Assembly (NCBI GenBank): GCA_951406725.2
Contig: OX597814.1
Span: 202,058,001 to 202,122,000, forward strand
Source of the DNA: Octopus vulgaris
Lineage: Eukaryota
Reading direction: 5' to 3'
DNA length: 64,000 nt
A program made the translations under genes and the position numbers. Of the stretch, positions 23,561 to 38,016 are shown piece after piece (the stretch's first letter is position 1; each line of letters opens with the position of its first letter). The notes beneath the pieces were generated by a model. It was not told where the DNA came from, ran no database searches, and saw nothing but the letters and a program-made list of their open reading frames with translations.

Positions 23561-24139
23561 TGCAATTGAAACCATAGGAAAGCTGAGAGTGGAGCTCAAC
23601 CTTGATCTTGCAGCCATTTGGATCCTGTCAAACTGTCCAAACCATGATAGCATGGAAAACAGATGATAAATGATGGTGGTGGTGGTGGTGGTTACGCTGG
23701 TGGTGGTGGTGAGGAGGAGGAGAAGGAGGAGTAGGAGTATGAGGGAAGGGGAATGGAAGAAGAAGAAGAAGAAAAGCAACAACAACAGAAGGGGTTTGAG
23801 GAGGTCATGTTTTACTCTTAGCATGCCTTTTACAATTATGTTTTATCTTTTACTTGCTTCTGTCATTAGACTGTGGCCATGCAGGGGCAACACCTTGAAA
23901 AGTTTTAGTTGAGTGAATCTACCCCAGTCTTTGCTTTAAAGCCTGGTACTCTACTGTCAGTCTCTCTTGCCAAACTGCTAAGTTATAGGGATGTCAAAAA
24001 AACCAACACGTAAAACACTGCCAGATCAGATTGGAGCCTGGTGCAGCTTCCCGGCTTCCCAGACCCCAGTCGAACTGTCCAACCTATGCCAGCATGGAAA
24101 ACGGATATTGAACGATGACGACAATGATGATGATGATGA

Positions 24140-24181
<42 letters not shown>

Positions 24182-24629
24182 TTTATTTAAAGCAGCAGAA
24201 AATTCTACAAAACCTGTTACTCTGAGTTTCGCGTTGCCGTTCATCGGAGAGTTTTTGCTAGCTCTCACTGTGCACAAAACCATGTGCTGCCATCTGTTGG
24301 TGCACTACAAAACTGGTCAGTAAAACCCTTTTTAATACCACCTTGAATATGTAGGTATAAGGTGGTGAGCTGGCAGAATTGTTAGCATGCCGGGAAAAAT
24401 GCCAGGAAGAATTTCATCCATCTAAATTCAAATTCCAAGTTAGTCTTTTGTCCATTTTGTGGGGTCGATAAAATATGTACCAGATAAGCTTTGGGCTTGA
24501 TGTAATTGACTTACCCACAAAGTCCCTGAAATTACTGGCATTGTGCCAAAATTTGAAATTATTGTATATGTAGGTGTATGTTGTCCTACACAATAATCTT
24601 CAGTCATTTATTATCATTTATTATAATCG

Positions 24630-25200
24630 CAGGAGTGGCTGTGTGGTAAGTAGCTTGCTTACCAACCACGTGGTTCTGGGTTCAGTCCCACTGCATAGCA
24701 CCTTGGGTAAGTGTCCTTTACTATAGCTTCAGGCTGACGAAAGACTTGTGAGTAGATTGGTAGGCGGAAACTGAAAGAAGCCCATTGTATATATGTATAT
24801 GTATACAATTTTTTATAATTATGAGTATAATTATAATTAGGTTTCAGCAAAAAATTTGCTTCACTACATACCGAAAATTTAGAAATAGCAGCCAAACACC
24901 TAGCTATTTCTCTATCATAAGAGAATCTCCCAGATAACATAATATAATATAATATAATAATATGTATATGTATATATATATGTGTGTATGTGTGTGTTTG
25001 TGTGTCTGTGTTTGTCCCCCCAACATCACTTGACAACTAATGCTGGTGTGTTTACGTTTCCGTAACTTAGCAGTTCGACAATTAAGATTGATAGACTAGG
25101 CTTACAAAGAATAAGTCCTGGGGTCGATTTGCTCGACTAAAGGCGGTGCTCCAGCATGGCCACAGTCAAAATAACTGAAACAAATAAAAGAATAAAAGAA
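24630..25200 (+). mobile_element. SINE family A with ~140-bp insert in its central microsatellite
   Basis: Head 24630-24790, foreign segment ~24807-24945, body/tail 24975-25200. Confidence 0.8.
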
Positions 25201-26196
25201 TAGTTAGGCCTAAATAGATTACCATTTTAGTAGTCTGGACCTTTACCACCATAGCCAACTGTTTTAATTAACAGGCAATTAATATTTAACTATTGCAATG
25301 CTATTAATTATTCTACTGAATTATCACACTAACCTTAATTCTGTCGTTCTTACATTTATTGTCACACATGAATATTTTCTGTTTTATTTATGTAATTATG
25401 TTGTATTTTTATTTTCTTTGCGAACCTATGTGAGCACGTACATATGTGTGTATAAATGTGCACACACATATATGTATATGTATGTGAACATATATATGTG
25501 TGTTAGCATGGTGGACGTGTGAAGTTTTCAATTAGCGAACTAAACAACAGACTTTAAAGAGGTATTGAGTGCTAAGTTATAGCTGCCAGGAACTATTGTA
25601 ACATAACTAGAATTTAGAAAAAAAAAATATTTGAAACAACATATTACTTGCCATTCATTGGAAAAATAGCCGTAAAAATATATAAAGTTATATATAAATG
25701 AATATATAAACATATAAAAAAACATATATATTGATATATGTAAAAATATATAACAATTTATATAGGAATTGTGTTGGAATAGAGCCAGATTATTTTACAG
25801 GAAACATATATAACAGGTCATTGCTTCTAGAATAATCTATGTCTGTGAAAGTGGAGAAAGTTTTAGTTAAGTCTCTCTTCTAATGATGTTTATTGTTTGT
25901 CAGTAATCAATAAACTAAAAAATATATTAGTTAGAGTAGCTTTTGTTGGGTGGGGGGACTTGGTCCATTTCATTTAGTTTTGTGGTTGCAGAGAGATTTT
26001 TTTTTAGGGACTTTTGTTTTATTTTTGTTTCTTTATTCAGTAAAAATGTAACACAATATTATTATAGTAGCTTCAGGAGAGACTTGGTCCATTTCGTTTA
26101 TTTTTTAAGGTTTTTTTGGTTTTTTTGTTTTGAATAAAAGGGTAAAAATATATTATATTAGTTACAGGGGCTTCAAGGCTTTAATCACATACACAT

Positions 26197-26597
26197 AGGA
26201 GTGGCTGTGTGGTAAGTAGCTTGCTTACCAACCACATGGTTCAGGGTTCAGTCCCATTGCATGGCACCTTGGGTAAGTGTCTTCTACTATAGCCTCGGGC
26301 CGACCAAAGCCTTGTGCGTGGATTTGGTAGACGGAAACTGAAAGAAGCTCGTTGTGTATATGTATATATATATATATGTGTGTGTGTTTGTGTGTCTGTG
26401 CTTGTGTTTGTCCCCCTCAACATCGCTTGACAACCGATGCTGGTATGTTTACGTCCCCGTAACTTAGCGATTTGGAAAAAGCAACCGATAGAATAAGTAC
26501 TAGGCTTACAAAGAATAAGTCCTGGGGCCGATTTGCTTGACTAAAGGCAGTGCTCCAGCATGCCCACAGTCAAATGACTGAAACAAATAAAAGAGAG
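26197..26597 (+). mobile_element. SINE family A, full length
   Basis: Well-conserved copy. Confidence 0.9.
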
Positions 26598-27430
26598 GCT
26601 GTACAGGTGTAACAATACTATGTTAAAAGCACCAATTTGGCCCCACATAAAAAAAGCACCCATGCCTGACATCATGTAAAAGACACTCAGTACACTCTGT
26701 TAAGTTGTTGGCATTAGAAAGGGCTGGATGCCTCTCCTGTCATCAATCCTCACCTGTTTTCAAGCAAGGTAACATTTTCCTCATGGCCAGACATGGAAAT
26801 AAAAGGCACCAGTCAGTCACAAGACATTGACACCCATTTAACAAATTAAAATCTGTCAATTGAAGGAAAGACAAACATATATAAAAACACCCAAGCATGC
26901 ACATGCGCATACATACACATTGGACTTTTTTTGATTCCCATTGACCAAAGAAGTTAGAAAATAATAAACATGAATGGATGGATTGCAGAGTGATGAGAGG
27001 GAAAGAGATAAGTGAGTCTAAAGAGCGTGAGTGGAGATAGTAAAAGAGCAATCAGTTCTGAGGAATAGAGGCCACTGTAGTAACAGTAAGAAAAGGCAGA
27101 GAGTGGACACAGGATGTCTGAGGGGATGGAGGTTGGGAGTCAGGATGACTTAAGTAGTTTAGCATCCTTTAACCCTTCTGCATTGGTTGTCAAAGAATAA
27201 GGGTCAGTGCCCTTGTTCTTTTTTATTTCCTTTCAGACATTGCTGAGCCTCCGCAGATAAGTAAAATAAATTACTTGTTTGGGTTAGTAAATTAGTAATT
27301 AGTTGATTGGCATCTCTCACGTCCAAGATGTTCATGTTTTAATCTTATTCAAGCTTTGAAAAGTTTTATATGACTGACAAAAAGCCTTGTGAGTGGACTT
27401 GTATCCAGATGGAAACTGAAAGAAGGGTGA

Positions 27431-27494
<64 letters not shown>

Positions 27495-27829
27495 GTACCC
27501 TTATACTGACATCGTAGGCTGGCAGTAAACAAGCTTCACAGTCATAAAAGCAATGTTTTCATTTCCAGTCTTCCATGAAAAACATGTGCAGCCATGGGGA
27601 AGTATTATCTTGCTTGGAAACAGGTGAGGGTTTGTGACAAGAAGGGCATCCAGCTGTAGAAAATCTGCCTCAACAAACTGCATCTGACCCATGCAAGCAT
27701 AGAAAAGAGGAGGCTAAATGAAAAACAAAAGGACAACAAAAACAATTAAGCCCCTAACTTTGTACCCCTGTTGTATGTTGTTGTTGTATGTTGTTGTTGT
27801 ACCCCTGTTGTATGTTGTTGTTGTTTGTT

Positions 27830-28090
27830 CCTTCTCGAGCCATACCTGGCTCATAAGGGGCAGTTTTCCAGTTTAATTGGCATATAAGTTCCCCACCTGG
27901 ATGGGAAGCTGGTCTGTCACAGGTGAGCTGCTAGATGCAGGAGGGAAGAGCAAGAGAAAGTTGTTGCAAAATCGTCAGCGTGGAGCTTAGGTGTTTCACT
28001 CATAAACACATTCACACTGCCGCTCTGATATTCGAACCCACAATCCCTTGACCATGAGTCTGCTGCTCTAACCACTAGGCCATGTGCCAC
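27830..28090 (-). mobile_element. tRNA-derived SINE family D
   Basis: Minus GGCACATGGCCTAGTGGTTAGAGC...GGTTCGAATA...GAAACACCTAAGCTCCACG; homologous to 55550-55725(-) and 63568-63780(+). Confidence 0.75.
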
Positions 28091-29639
28091 CACATCCCTA
28101 AGGGTACAGGTTAATAAATACCGTGACCAATAATCCTTTTTATTATAGACATAATGCCTGAAATTTTGGAGAAGGGGGATAATCGATTATATTAATCCCA
28201 GTGCTCAACTGGTACTTATTTTATCGACCCCAAAAGGATGAAAATCAACCCCAGTAGGATTTGAATTCAAAACGTAAAGGCAGAAGAAATGTTGTTAAGC
28301 ATTTTCTCTGGCATGATGTTGTTACTGCTAGTTCTCTGCCTTTTTCAGTGATTCAATAACAACAATAACAACAACAAAAAATAGATGAATATGGATTTTT
28401 CTTCTTACCATTTCCAAAGACCAACGAAATTAAACTATTTTGGATTTGTGATCCTCGACCAACAAAGATAGACCAAATGATGATAAAGCATCATATAGAA
28501 GACTGGAATTTTCCAAACCACTTCGAGATCTTTTTATTTATTTATTTATTTATTTTTTTTACTACTATTTTCCCATTCAACACATTAGTCTGTTCCATGC
28601 CCACCACACACACAACTCATATTATATTAAATAGGAATGTAAATCTTCAAATTCTTGCTTTAATATATTCCAAAGTCAGGCTTGTTTTATGGCTATTATT
28701 ACCAAGCAACAGCCAGCCATATTTTCATATAAATTATTGTATGCATCAATTTGAATTAGGTGATCAATAAGCTGGATATTCCGTCAACCTTTACAATGGA
28801 TCATCTATAAATTTCATTTCTTCAATGCTTAGTCTTGAATAATCTTACCAAGTTGTTGCAACATCACCAATCATGCAGTCGTGTTGGAATACAAAGAAAG
28901 AATCTACTTCAAAATGGCTTCCTATAAGTCTTCTGCAAGACTGTTAGAAGATTAGTCTTAACTTTACATTTGTAATTTACTGAATGTTAATTAAAACGAA
29001 ACAACCAGAGTGAACTATTTTCCGTGTAACATAGTATGAATATTCTGCTGTGTCTGGGGAGAGTCAATTGTAAATTTACTTTATAAATTACAAGTTAATG
29101 ACTTCTCTGTGCCTGATGAGATCTCATGAGTCCACTCTCCAGAGTGGTTGGTATTTGGAAGGGCATCCAGCTGTAAAAATCTTACCAAAACTGACCTTGC
29201 CTGTGCTTGTGCCATGTAAAAAGCACTTCTCACATCGCCTGCGTTTGTGCCACATAAAAAGCACTAAGTCCACTCCGCTGAGTAGTTGGTGTTAGGAAGG
29301 GCATCCAGCTGTGAAAACCTTGCCAAAACTGACCTTACCTGTACTTGTGCCACATAAAAAGCAGTAAGCCCACTCTGAGTAGTGCTTGTGCCATGTAAAA
29401 AGCACTAAGTCCACTCTACTGAGTGGTTAGTGTTAGGAAGGGCATCCAGTTGTAAAAATCTTACCAAAACTGTAAAAATCCAGCTGTAAAAATCTTAACA
29501 AAGCTGACCTTGCCTGTGCTTGTTCCATGTAAAAAGCACTACTCACCTTCAACACACGAACTCACATAAAGAATCTTGCAAACCAAATCCAAAAACGAAA
29601 AATAACTCAGAGCACAAGAAGAGTGGGTGAATATGGTAA

Positions 29640-29920
29640 GCCAGAGGGTTTCATGGGGGAACCACAACCGAATTTGCCACCAGCAGCAGATTGCTAGAGG
29701 CACCGACTGAAGAAAACCAAATACCAGGACTTGATTGAATGATGACATGCTCAGCCTTGCTTCTCGATGAAGTCAAATGCCACAGTTTTGCTGGAAGCCT
29801 AGGCTGCTATTTCTTGCAGAAGATTGGTTTGGAATCCAAACAACTGAAGCAAGTCATGGGGTAGACAACCATGTCAGCTGAGACCAGCTCAAAGACAGAA
29901 TCTTTCTCTTGGCAAAAGTT
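29640..29920 (+). mobile_element. Decayed RLE LINE C-terminus (HERO/NeSL-like)
   Basis: Fragments KKTKYQDLIE, EVKCHSFAGSLG.YFLQKIG resemble the K..KY.DL...VEVG.RGFAG motif. Confidence 0.45.
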
Positions 29921-31384
29921 AATCTAGTGTTTGCTATTTAACTCTGTGTGAAGCATACAGGTTTTCAACATGAACAGTACCACCCCCATGGGGTGCTAAG
30001 CATGTTGAAAGAAAGGGGTCTTAGGTTTTAGGGGGCAGTGAGGTAACATAATTAACATACTAAATTTTACCTGTAATACTAATTATACTGTACATGATAA
30101 AACTAGTAATGGTTCATCATCATCGTTTAACATCCACCTTCCATGCTGGTATGTGTGGGACAATTTCACAAGAGCCAGCAAGACCGAAGCCTGCACCAGG
30201 CTTCTGTGACTGTTTTGGCAGGATTTTTTACAGCTGGATGCCCTTCCTAACACCAACCACATTACATTGTGGACTTAATGCTTTTTATGTGGCACAAGCA
30301 CAAGCAAAGTCAGTTTTGGTAAGGTTTTTACAGCTGGATGCCCTTCCAAACACCAACCACTCCAGAGAGTGGACTCATGAGATCTCATCAGGCACAGAGA
30401 AGTCATTAACTTGTAATGTATAAAATAAATTTACAACTTTTGTCTTTATTGAGTTTTTATCATTTCACTGTTAAAAGCTTATACAATCCAAATTTATAAA
30501 TTATAATCCATGTGAAGTTAGTTTAGCTATGTTACCTCACTCACCAGTTAAGTGGGTGCTAGGCATAGCAACTACTTAAAAGTGGGGCCCTACAAAAAAG
30601 AAAAAAGATCAAGTACCACTGGGCTATGGGGAGAAATGCTTATGACTCTGAGATACTTGCTGAAGATACAGAAAGGTTTCAAACCCTGTGATAGTTTTAG
30701 TCACTTCAGAAGAGCTTGTAGCATCTTTAAACAGCTTTCACAACTACTTACAGATCCTCCTCCTCATCATCATCATCATCATTTGACGTCCACTTTCCAT
30801 GCTAGCATGGGTTGGACGATTCGACTGAGGCCCCAATCTGATCAGGCAAAGTTTCTACAGCTGGATGTCCTTCCTAATGCCAACCACTCCAAGAGTGTAA
30901 TGGATGCTTTTTACGTGCCACTGGCACGAGGGCCAGTCAGGTGGTACTGGCAACGGCCACGCTCAAATGGTGTTTTTTACATTCAACCTGCACAGGAGCC
31001 AGTCCAGCAGCACTGGCAATGACCTCACTCGAATGTCTTTTCATGTGCCACCAGCACAAGTGCCAGTAGGGCGATGCTGGTAACGATCACTCTCGAATGG
31101 TGCTTTTTACGTGCCACTGGCACATTTTAGGACAAAATATCTTTCATGTTTATTTCGCAGTCATACGAAAGGTTGATGTCATAATGACTTCCTCAGTTCT
31201 TAATTTCTTATTTGACCATAAAAATAAACAAAGATGACAAGCAGAGTCTCACTTGATAGGGAAGATTAAAATGTCTCTACGTTTGAGATGTGTGAATGTT
31301 AACAAGATTATTATCGGTTGGGGGGGGATGTTGTTGGAGGTGGGAGGGGGAAGTGAACTATTAACCTCATCTTTAGAGATAATG

Positions 31385-31710
31385 CACTATCATCTTTGTC
31401 ATCGCTGTCATTGCAACTGTCATCATCATCAATATCATCATGATCAACATCATCATCGCCATCGCCATCATCATCATTCCCATTGTCACTATCATCACCA
31501 TCATCATCATCATTGCCATTGTCATCATTATTGCTGTCATTGTCCTTTTTTTACATCATCATCGTCACCACCATCATCATCATTGCCATTATCATCGTTA
31601 TTGCTGTCACTGTCATTTTTACCGTCATCATCATCATCATCATCATCATCATTCCCATTGAAATCATTATTGCTGTCACTGTCATTTTTTCCGTCATCAT
31701 CATCATCATC

Positions 31711-31742
<32 letters not shown>

Positions 31743-31812
31743 CATTGCCATTGTCATCATTATTGCTGTCATTGTCATTTTATACATCATCATCATTATC
31801 ATCATCATCCTT
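31385..31812. repeat. CAT-derived compound repeat with higher-order unit
   Basis: Recurring TTGCCATTGTCATCATTATTGCTGTCA(T/C)TGTC separated by (CAT)n. Confidence 0.9.
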
Positions 31813-32364
31813 TAGCGTCTGTTTTCCATGCTTTTCTACTGTAAGTACAAGGCCCAAAATTTTGTGGGAGATGGAGACTAGTCGATTACATCGCCCCCTG
31901 TATGCAACTGGTACTTAATCTATCAACTCCAAAAGAATGAAAAGCAAAGTTGACCTCGGCAGAATTTGAACTCAGATTGTAAAGACAGACGAAATACTAC
32001 TAAGAATTTCACCCTGTACGCTAACTTGCCAGCTTGCCATTTTCCATGCTGGTATGGGTTGGACGGTTTGACCAGAGCTGGCAAGCAGGAGAGCTGCACC
32101 AGGTTCCTGTCTCATTTGGCTTCGTTTCTACATCAGGATGCCTTTCCTAATGCCAACCACTTTACAATGTGTGCTGAGTGCTTTTAATGTGGCACTTGCA
32201 TGGGTGCTTTTTACATGGCACTGGCACATGACTGCCGCAGGTCAATCCTCTTCAGCAGGGAAAGCGACCTTAACACCTCAGCTATGCAGTATGGGTCTTC
32301 TTGGGTATTGGATGCTTTTTCCATGGCACCAAACAAGATTTGGAAATAAAACCAATTCTTTTAT

Positions 32365-32835
<471 letters not shown>

Positions 32836-33559
32836 AACTAAATGATTGACTAATTGATTAATGATAACAAACACCCCCATCCCACCACCTGTGATCACTA
32901 CCTGATGCAGGTCCCTCCTCTCTATCTTGCATGCCTATTTGCACACTCTACCACCCCCACCCCTGCCAGCCACTCCAATTTCTCTCGCCATTACTTGTTA
33001 CAGACACCTCTTCCCCATCCTTAAACTCCCCCTCTTTACACTCTTATGGAACATCCCTCCCCTGTACCCCCTCTGTACCAATATATATTCCCCCTACACT
33101 GTTTTCTGGGGGTAGTTCTTGATTCTTCTCCAACACAATCTATTTCTTTAACTTTCTCCTTGACACTGGCTCTCCTTCCTCACCTTCCCTGTTCCACTTG
33201 GAAGCAAAGTGTCACCTTTACAGTAAGACACCTACCTCTAACTTATTTTTACTCTCACTCCTTCACCTGGCATAAAACCACTTCCCATCCCAGCCAAGGG
33301 GTCACCATCTCGCATGCTACTTGGCGACCCCACTAGTGGCAGTGCTACTTAAAAAGCACCCAGTACACTCTGTAAAGTGGTTGGCATTAGGAAGGGCTGG
33401 AAGCCAGGCCAAAGCAGATAATGAAGACTGGAACAACTCCCCATACTTCCAAGCTGCTGTCAAACCATTCCACCCATGCCAGCATGGAAGATAGTTGTTA
33501 GATGATGATGATGATGGTAGCGGTGATGATAATGATGATGGCGGCAGTGATGGAATATA

Positions 33560-33980
33560 AGGAGTGGCTGTGTGGTAAGTAGCTTGCTTACCAGCCACAT
33601 GGTTCCGGGTTCAGTCCCACTGTGTGGCACCTTGGGCAAGTGTCTTCTACTATAGCCTTGGGCCAACCAAAGCTTTGTGAGTGGATTTGGTAGACAGAAA
33701 CTGAAAGAAGCCTGTCATATATATGTATATGTATCTATATATATATATATTTATGTGTATGTGTTTGTGTCTGTCTTTGTCACCTCCAAAATCGCTTGAC
33801 AACCGATGCTGGTGTGTTTACATCCCTGTCATTTAGCAGTTCGGCAAAAGAGACCGATAGAATAAGTACTTGGCTTACAAAGAATAAGTGAATAACTCGT
33901 GGGGTCGATTTCCTCGTCTAAAGGCGGTGTTCCAGCATGGCCACAGTGAAATGACTGAAACGAGTAAAAGAGTAAAAAGC
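33560..33980 (+). mobile_element. SINE family A, full length
   Basis: Complete copy. Confidence 0.9.
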
Positions 33981-34385
33981 GAAGAGTTTATTTTTGGCAT
34001 AATTCTTGTCTTCAGATACACTAAAATATGCTTCACATCTTTGACACAACCAGAAAAAAATATTCAACAAAATTAAAACATTTGACAGAATATTTATTGA
34101 ATTCATATAAGTTTCATTTTCTTCTTTAATATATTTTTCTCTCCATGGAAAGTCTAATGCATATTTTCCATTTTAATGTGCGGCTAAGCTGTTGGGTAAA
34201 TGAAATTTCATCACTCCAACTAAGTTTCACAATAAAATTCTCAATGTTTATTAATAAAAAGTATTTTAGCTGCTAGTTTCAAAGCTACTTATGATATAAA
34301 TATATATATGTCATATTAACATGAATGACAATCTTAAGTGTTCGATATCTAACTAAATGAGTTATGGAATCATTTCTGAAACATT

Positions 34386-34431
<46 letters not shown>

Positions 34432-34457
34432 CAATAATAATAATAATAATAATAATA

Positions 34458-34499
<42 letters not shown>

Positions 34500-35160
34500 T
34501 ATGGGTTTTTCTTCTTCTTTCAAATTTGCTTCCATTTCTTGCCGAGTGTCTTCCCGACTCCTAGGGCAAAGAAACTCATAGTATACATTGGTAGGCCATT
34601 AAACTAAACTCACTAGTTCGTTCGTTCATTTATTTTTTTTATAGAAATAAAGTTAAATTAAAATACATGGGTAGTAATAGTTCTCACAGCGACAATGCTC
34701 TTCTCAATATGTGTGATGTACCAGTTAAGACTTCTTGCAGGGATGGTAAGCCAGGGATCATTCTCATATAATTTTCGGTTCTATTCTTGATCATTCCTAG
34801 TGCTCCTACAATCACTGGTATTGTAACCACCTTGAGATGCCACATTTTCTCAATTTCAATGAGCAGGTCTTTATATTTTCTGAGCTTGTCAAATTCTTTC
34901 ACAGAGATATTATGATCACAGGGGATGCTCATGTCGATCAATAAGCAAACTTTATTGTCTTGGTCTTTCACAACAATATCCGGTTTATTGGCTTTGATGG
35001 TTCGGTCTGTATGTACTGGAAAGTCCCACAGAATCATTATATTTTCTCCTTCAGTTACAGCTTCAGGGTGGTGATTATACCACTTGTCAGCAGTTTTGAT
35101 ATTGTAATGCCGACTTATTAGCCAGTGTAGATATTGGCCAACTCTGTCACGTCTTAATTT
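34500..35160 (-). mobile_element. R4/Dong-like RLE LINE 3' end (family 2)
   Basis: ORF 34684-35037 ILWDFPVHTDRTIKANKPDIVV...IDMSIP.D...K..KY.DL..EI...IPVIVGALG; 3' UTR ends in (TAA)n. Confidence 0.85.
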
Positions 35161-35164
35161 ATTA

Positions 35165-35204
<40 letters not shown>

Positions 35205-35205
<1 letters not shown>

Positions 35206-35788
35206 GCCTTTGCACAGCTTCTAATGCTGGAGACGTACCACAGTATCAGCTGTTCACAACCAGTGAACTAATGTAACACCCCTTATTTTTCGAGCACCTT
35301 CCGGAGTATTCAAGCAGTTCCAAGCAGTGCTGTTTTCTGCAAGTCCTCCACCCTTATTGCAGCCCCTATTTGTTCCATGTACTTCTCAAGGTTTTTGCTC
35401 ACTGTTCCCAGTTTGACCTTCACCAGTTGAGCATGTCCCTTAGTGGCTGAAGATATGTGCATCTCTGATCATGAGCAGAAGTAGTGGGGGAGCTTCTGTT
35501 GAGAGGAATTTCGAGGGTTTGAATAATTAACCTTTGGAAACATGGTTGTTTTGTTCATCATCCTTAAACAACCCTTATCCAATAACCTTTTGAAGTCATA
35601 CACTGTTTATCTTTGTAAGAGATTATTAAGTCATACACATATGGTTGTGATGCATGTGTCTGGTGTACCCTTATCAGATGGGTAGGCATGATGGGTATAT
35701 TGGGCTTTGTATATTTGTATCTCAGTGTCACTTTGATGACATGCACTGCTCTCTCACTCAATAATAATAATAATAACAACAACAACAA

Positions 35789-35828
<40 letters not shown>

Positions 35829-36070
35829 AATAACGATAATAATAATAATAATAATAATAATACATGGAACAAATAACGGCCACAATAAAGTACACAGAAT
35901 AAATAGGGGCTGCAATAAGGGTGGAGCACTTGCAGAAAACAGCACTGCTTGGAACTGCATGAATACTCTGAATGGTGCTCAAAATATAAGGGGTGTTACC
36001 TTAGTTCACTGGTAGTGAACAGCTGACACCGTAGTAGTACATTTCCAGTGTTAGAAGCAGTGCAAAGACA
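35205..36070. mobile_element. Inverted pair of RLE LINE 3' ends (family 3) around a TAA-element fragment
   Basis: 35205-35410(-) and 35860-36070(+) are reverse-complement homologues encoding IRVEHLQKTALLGTA. Confidence 0.75.
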
Positions 36071-36073
36071 ATG

Positions 36074-36132
<59 letters not shown>

Positions 36133-36133
<1 letters not shown>

Positions 36134-36948
36134 TGAAATCCAAACAAAAAATAGAACAGCAACGAACCATGATAAAACGATGGCAAGAAAAGCCCCTTCA
36201 TGGTAAATACTGGACTAAACTAAACGCAAAAGAAATAGACAAAGAAAAATCCCAACAATGGTTGAGAAGCTCAGGACTCAAAGCAGAAACAGAGGGATTT
36301 TTAATTGCAGCACAAGACCAAAGCCTCCCCACCAGAAATTACCAAAGACATGTAATGAAAAGAAATATTACAAGTAACTGCAGAATATGTGGAGATGGAC
36401 AAGAAACAATAAATCATATTATCTCTAGCTGCCCAGTCCTGGCTAAGAAGGAATATATTCACAGACATGACAGAGTTGGAACTTACATACATTGGAAGCT
36501 ATGCCAACATTATGGAATAACAACAGAAAAAAGATGGTATAGGCACACACCAGAAAAGGTCACAGAAAACGAGAAAGCAACCATACTCTGGGATATGCCG
36601 ATACACACAGATAGAGAAATTAAGGCCAACAGACCAGATATAGTTGTCAGAGACCATGAAGAAAAAAAATGCTTTCTAATTGATGTATCAGTACCGGCAG
36701 ATGACAACGTGTCTCTAAAAGAAATGGAGAAACTCTCAAAATACAAAGACCTGGAAATAGAGGTAACTAGAATGTGGAATCTGAAAACAGAAACAATTCC
36801 TATCATAGTAGGTGCATTAGGCATGATAAAAAAATATTCAGACAAATACATAACAAAAACACCAGGACTTACAAACACATATAACATACAGAAAATTGCA
36901 CTACTAGGCACTGCACACATCCTACGCAGAACACTTTCCATACAATAA
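36133..36948 (+). CDS. R4/Dong-clade retrotransposon C-terminal ORF fragment (CCHC zinc knuckle + restriction-like endonuclease), 5'-truncated
   Basis: 271 aa uninterrupted: LHG, AAQDQ.L.T, CRICG...ETINHIISSC, RHD, PDIVV, IDVSVP.D, K..KY; embedded in (TAA)n; 3' UTR to 37051. Transposon-derived, probably not a host gene. Confidence 0.9.
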
Positions 36949-37079
36949 CCATCAGAGCATCACAACAAATCACAGCACATACCCAAGGCACACAGAGCTG
37001 CGCTCGGTAGTGAAGTGAAAGCACGCTATAAAAATAAAAATAAAACTACTGAATAATAATAATAATAATAATAATAAAG

Positions 37080-37726
37080 CAAGACATGACAGAGTTGGCC
37101 AATATTTACAATGGACAATATGTCAGCATTATAAAATCGAAACCGCTGACAAATAGTATAAACATCATCCTGAAGCTGTGACTGAGGGAGAAAGTGTGTC
37201 AATTCTATGGGACTTTCCCATACATACCGACAAAACTATAAAAGCTAATAAACCGGATATTATTATAAAAGATCAGACAAAAAAGATGTGTTTACTAATT
37301 GACATGAGTATTCCTTGCGATCACGATATATCGGTGAAAGAATTTGACAAGATTAGTAAATATAAAGACTTGCTAATAGAAATTGAAAAAATGTGGCATC
37401 TCAAGGCAACTACAGTACCAGTGATTGTAGGAGCTCTAAGTACGATATAAAAAGGTACTGAAACCTATTTGAAAATGATACCAGGTTTACCATCCCTACA
37501 GGAAGTGCAAAAATCGTATTAACTGGAACAGTTCATGTACTGAGAAGAGCATTATAACTGTGAAAACAACATCCATTCATGAATTTATTTATTAAATTTG
37601 AAATAGATATTTTACCTGTGAATTTGCGCGTGTAATCTGGGAATGCATACAATGAGCTTCTCTGCCCTAGGTGTACAGAAAACACTTGGCAAGAAGCGGA
37701 AGAAAATTTGAAGAAAAAAGGAAACT
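37080..37726 (+). mobile_element. R4/Dong-like RLE LINE 3' end (family 2)
   Basis: RHDRVGQY..W..C..., ORF 37178-37450; homologous to 34500-35160. Confidence 0.85.
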
Positions 37727-37966
37727 AATAATAATAATAATAATGAGTTCAAAATTTGGCACGAAGCCAGCAATTTTAGGGGAAGTGGGTTAATCAATTA
37801 CATTCTCTCCCCTTCCCCCCACCAGTACTTGACTGGGGCTTGATTTTATTGACCCCCAAAAGGACTAAAAGTCTTGCTGAGACTTGAACACAAATCATAA
37901 AAGCTGGAAGAAATGCTGCTAAGCTATTTGATTGATGTGCTAAAAATTCAACCAACTCACCACTTC

Positions 37967-38016
<50 letters not shown>

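Noticed and set aside
29112-29135. CTGATGAG hammerhead box
   Set aside because: No GAAA box or stem III follows; just a TGAGATCTCA palindrome.
29958-30621. hAT-Charlie-like MITE
   Set aside because: Ends are only loosely complementary and no TSD is visible; insufficient support. Similar weak DNA-transposon ends at ~15008, ~43979, ~57705 and ~63420.
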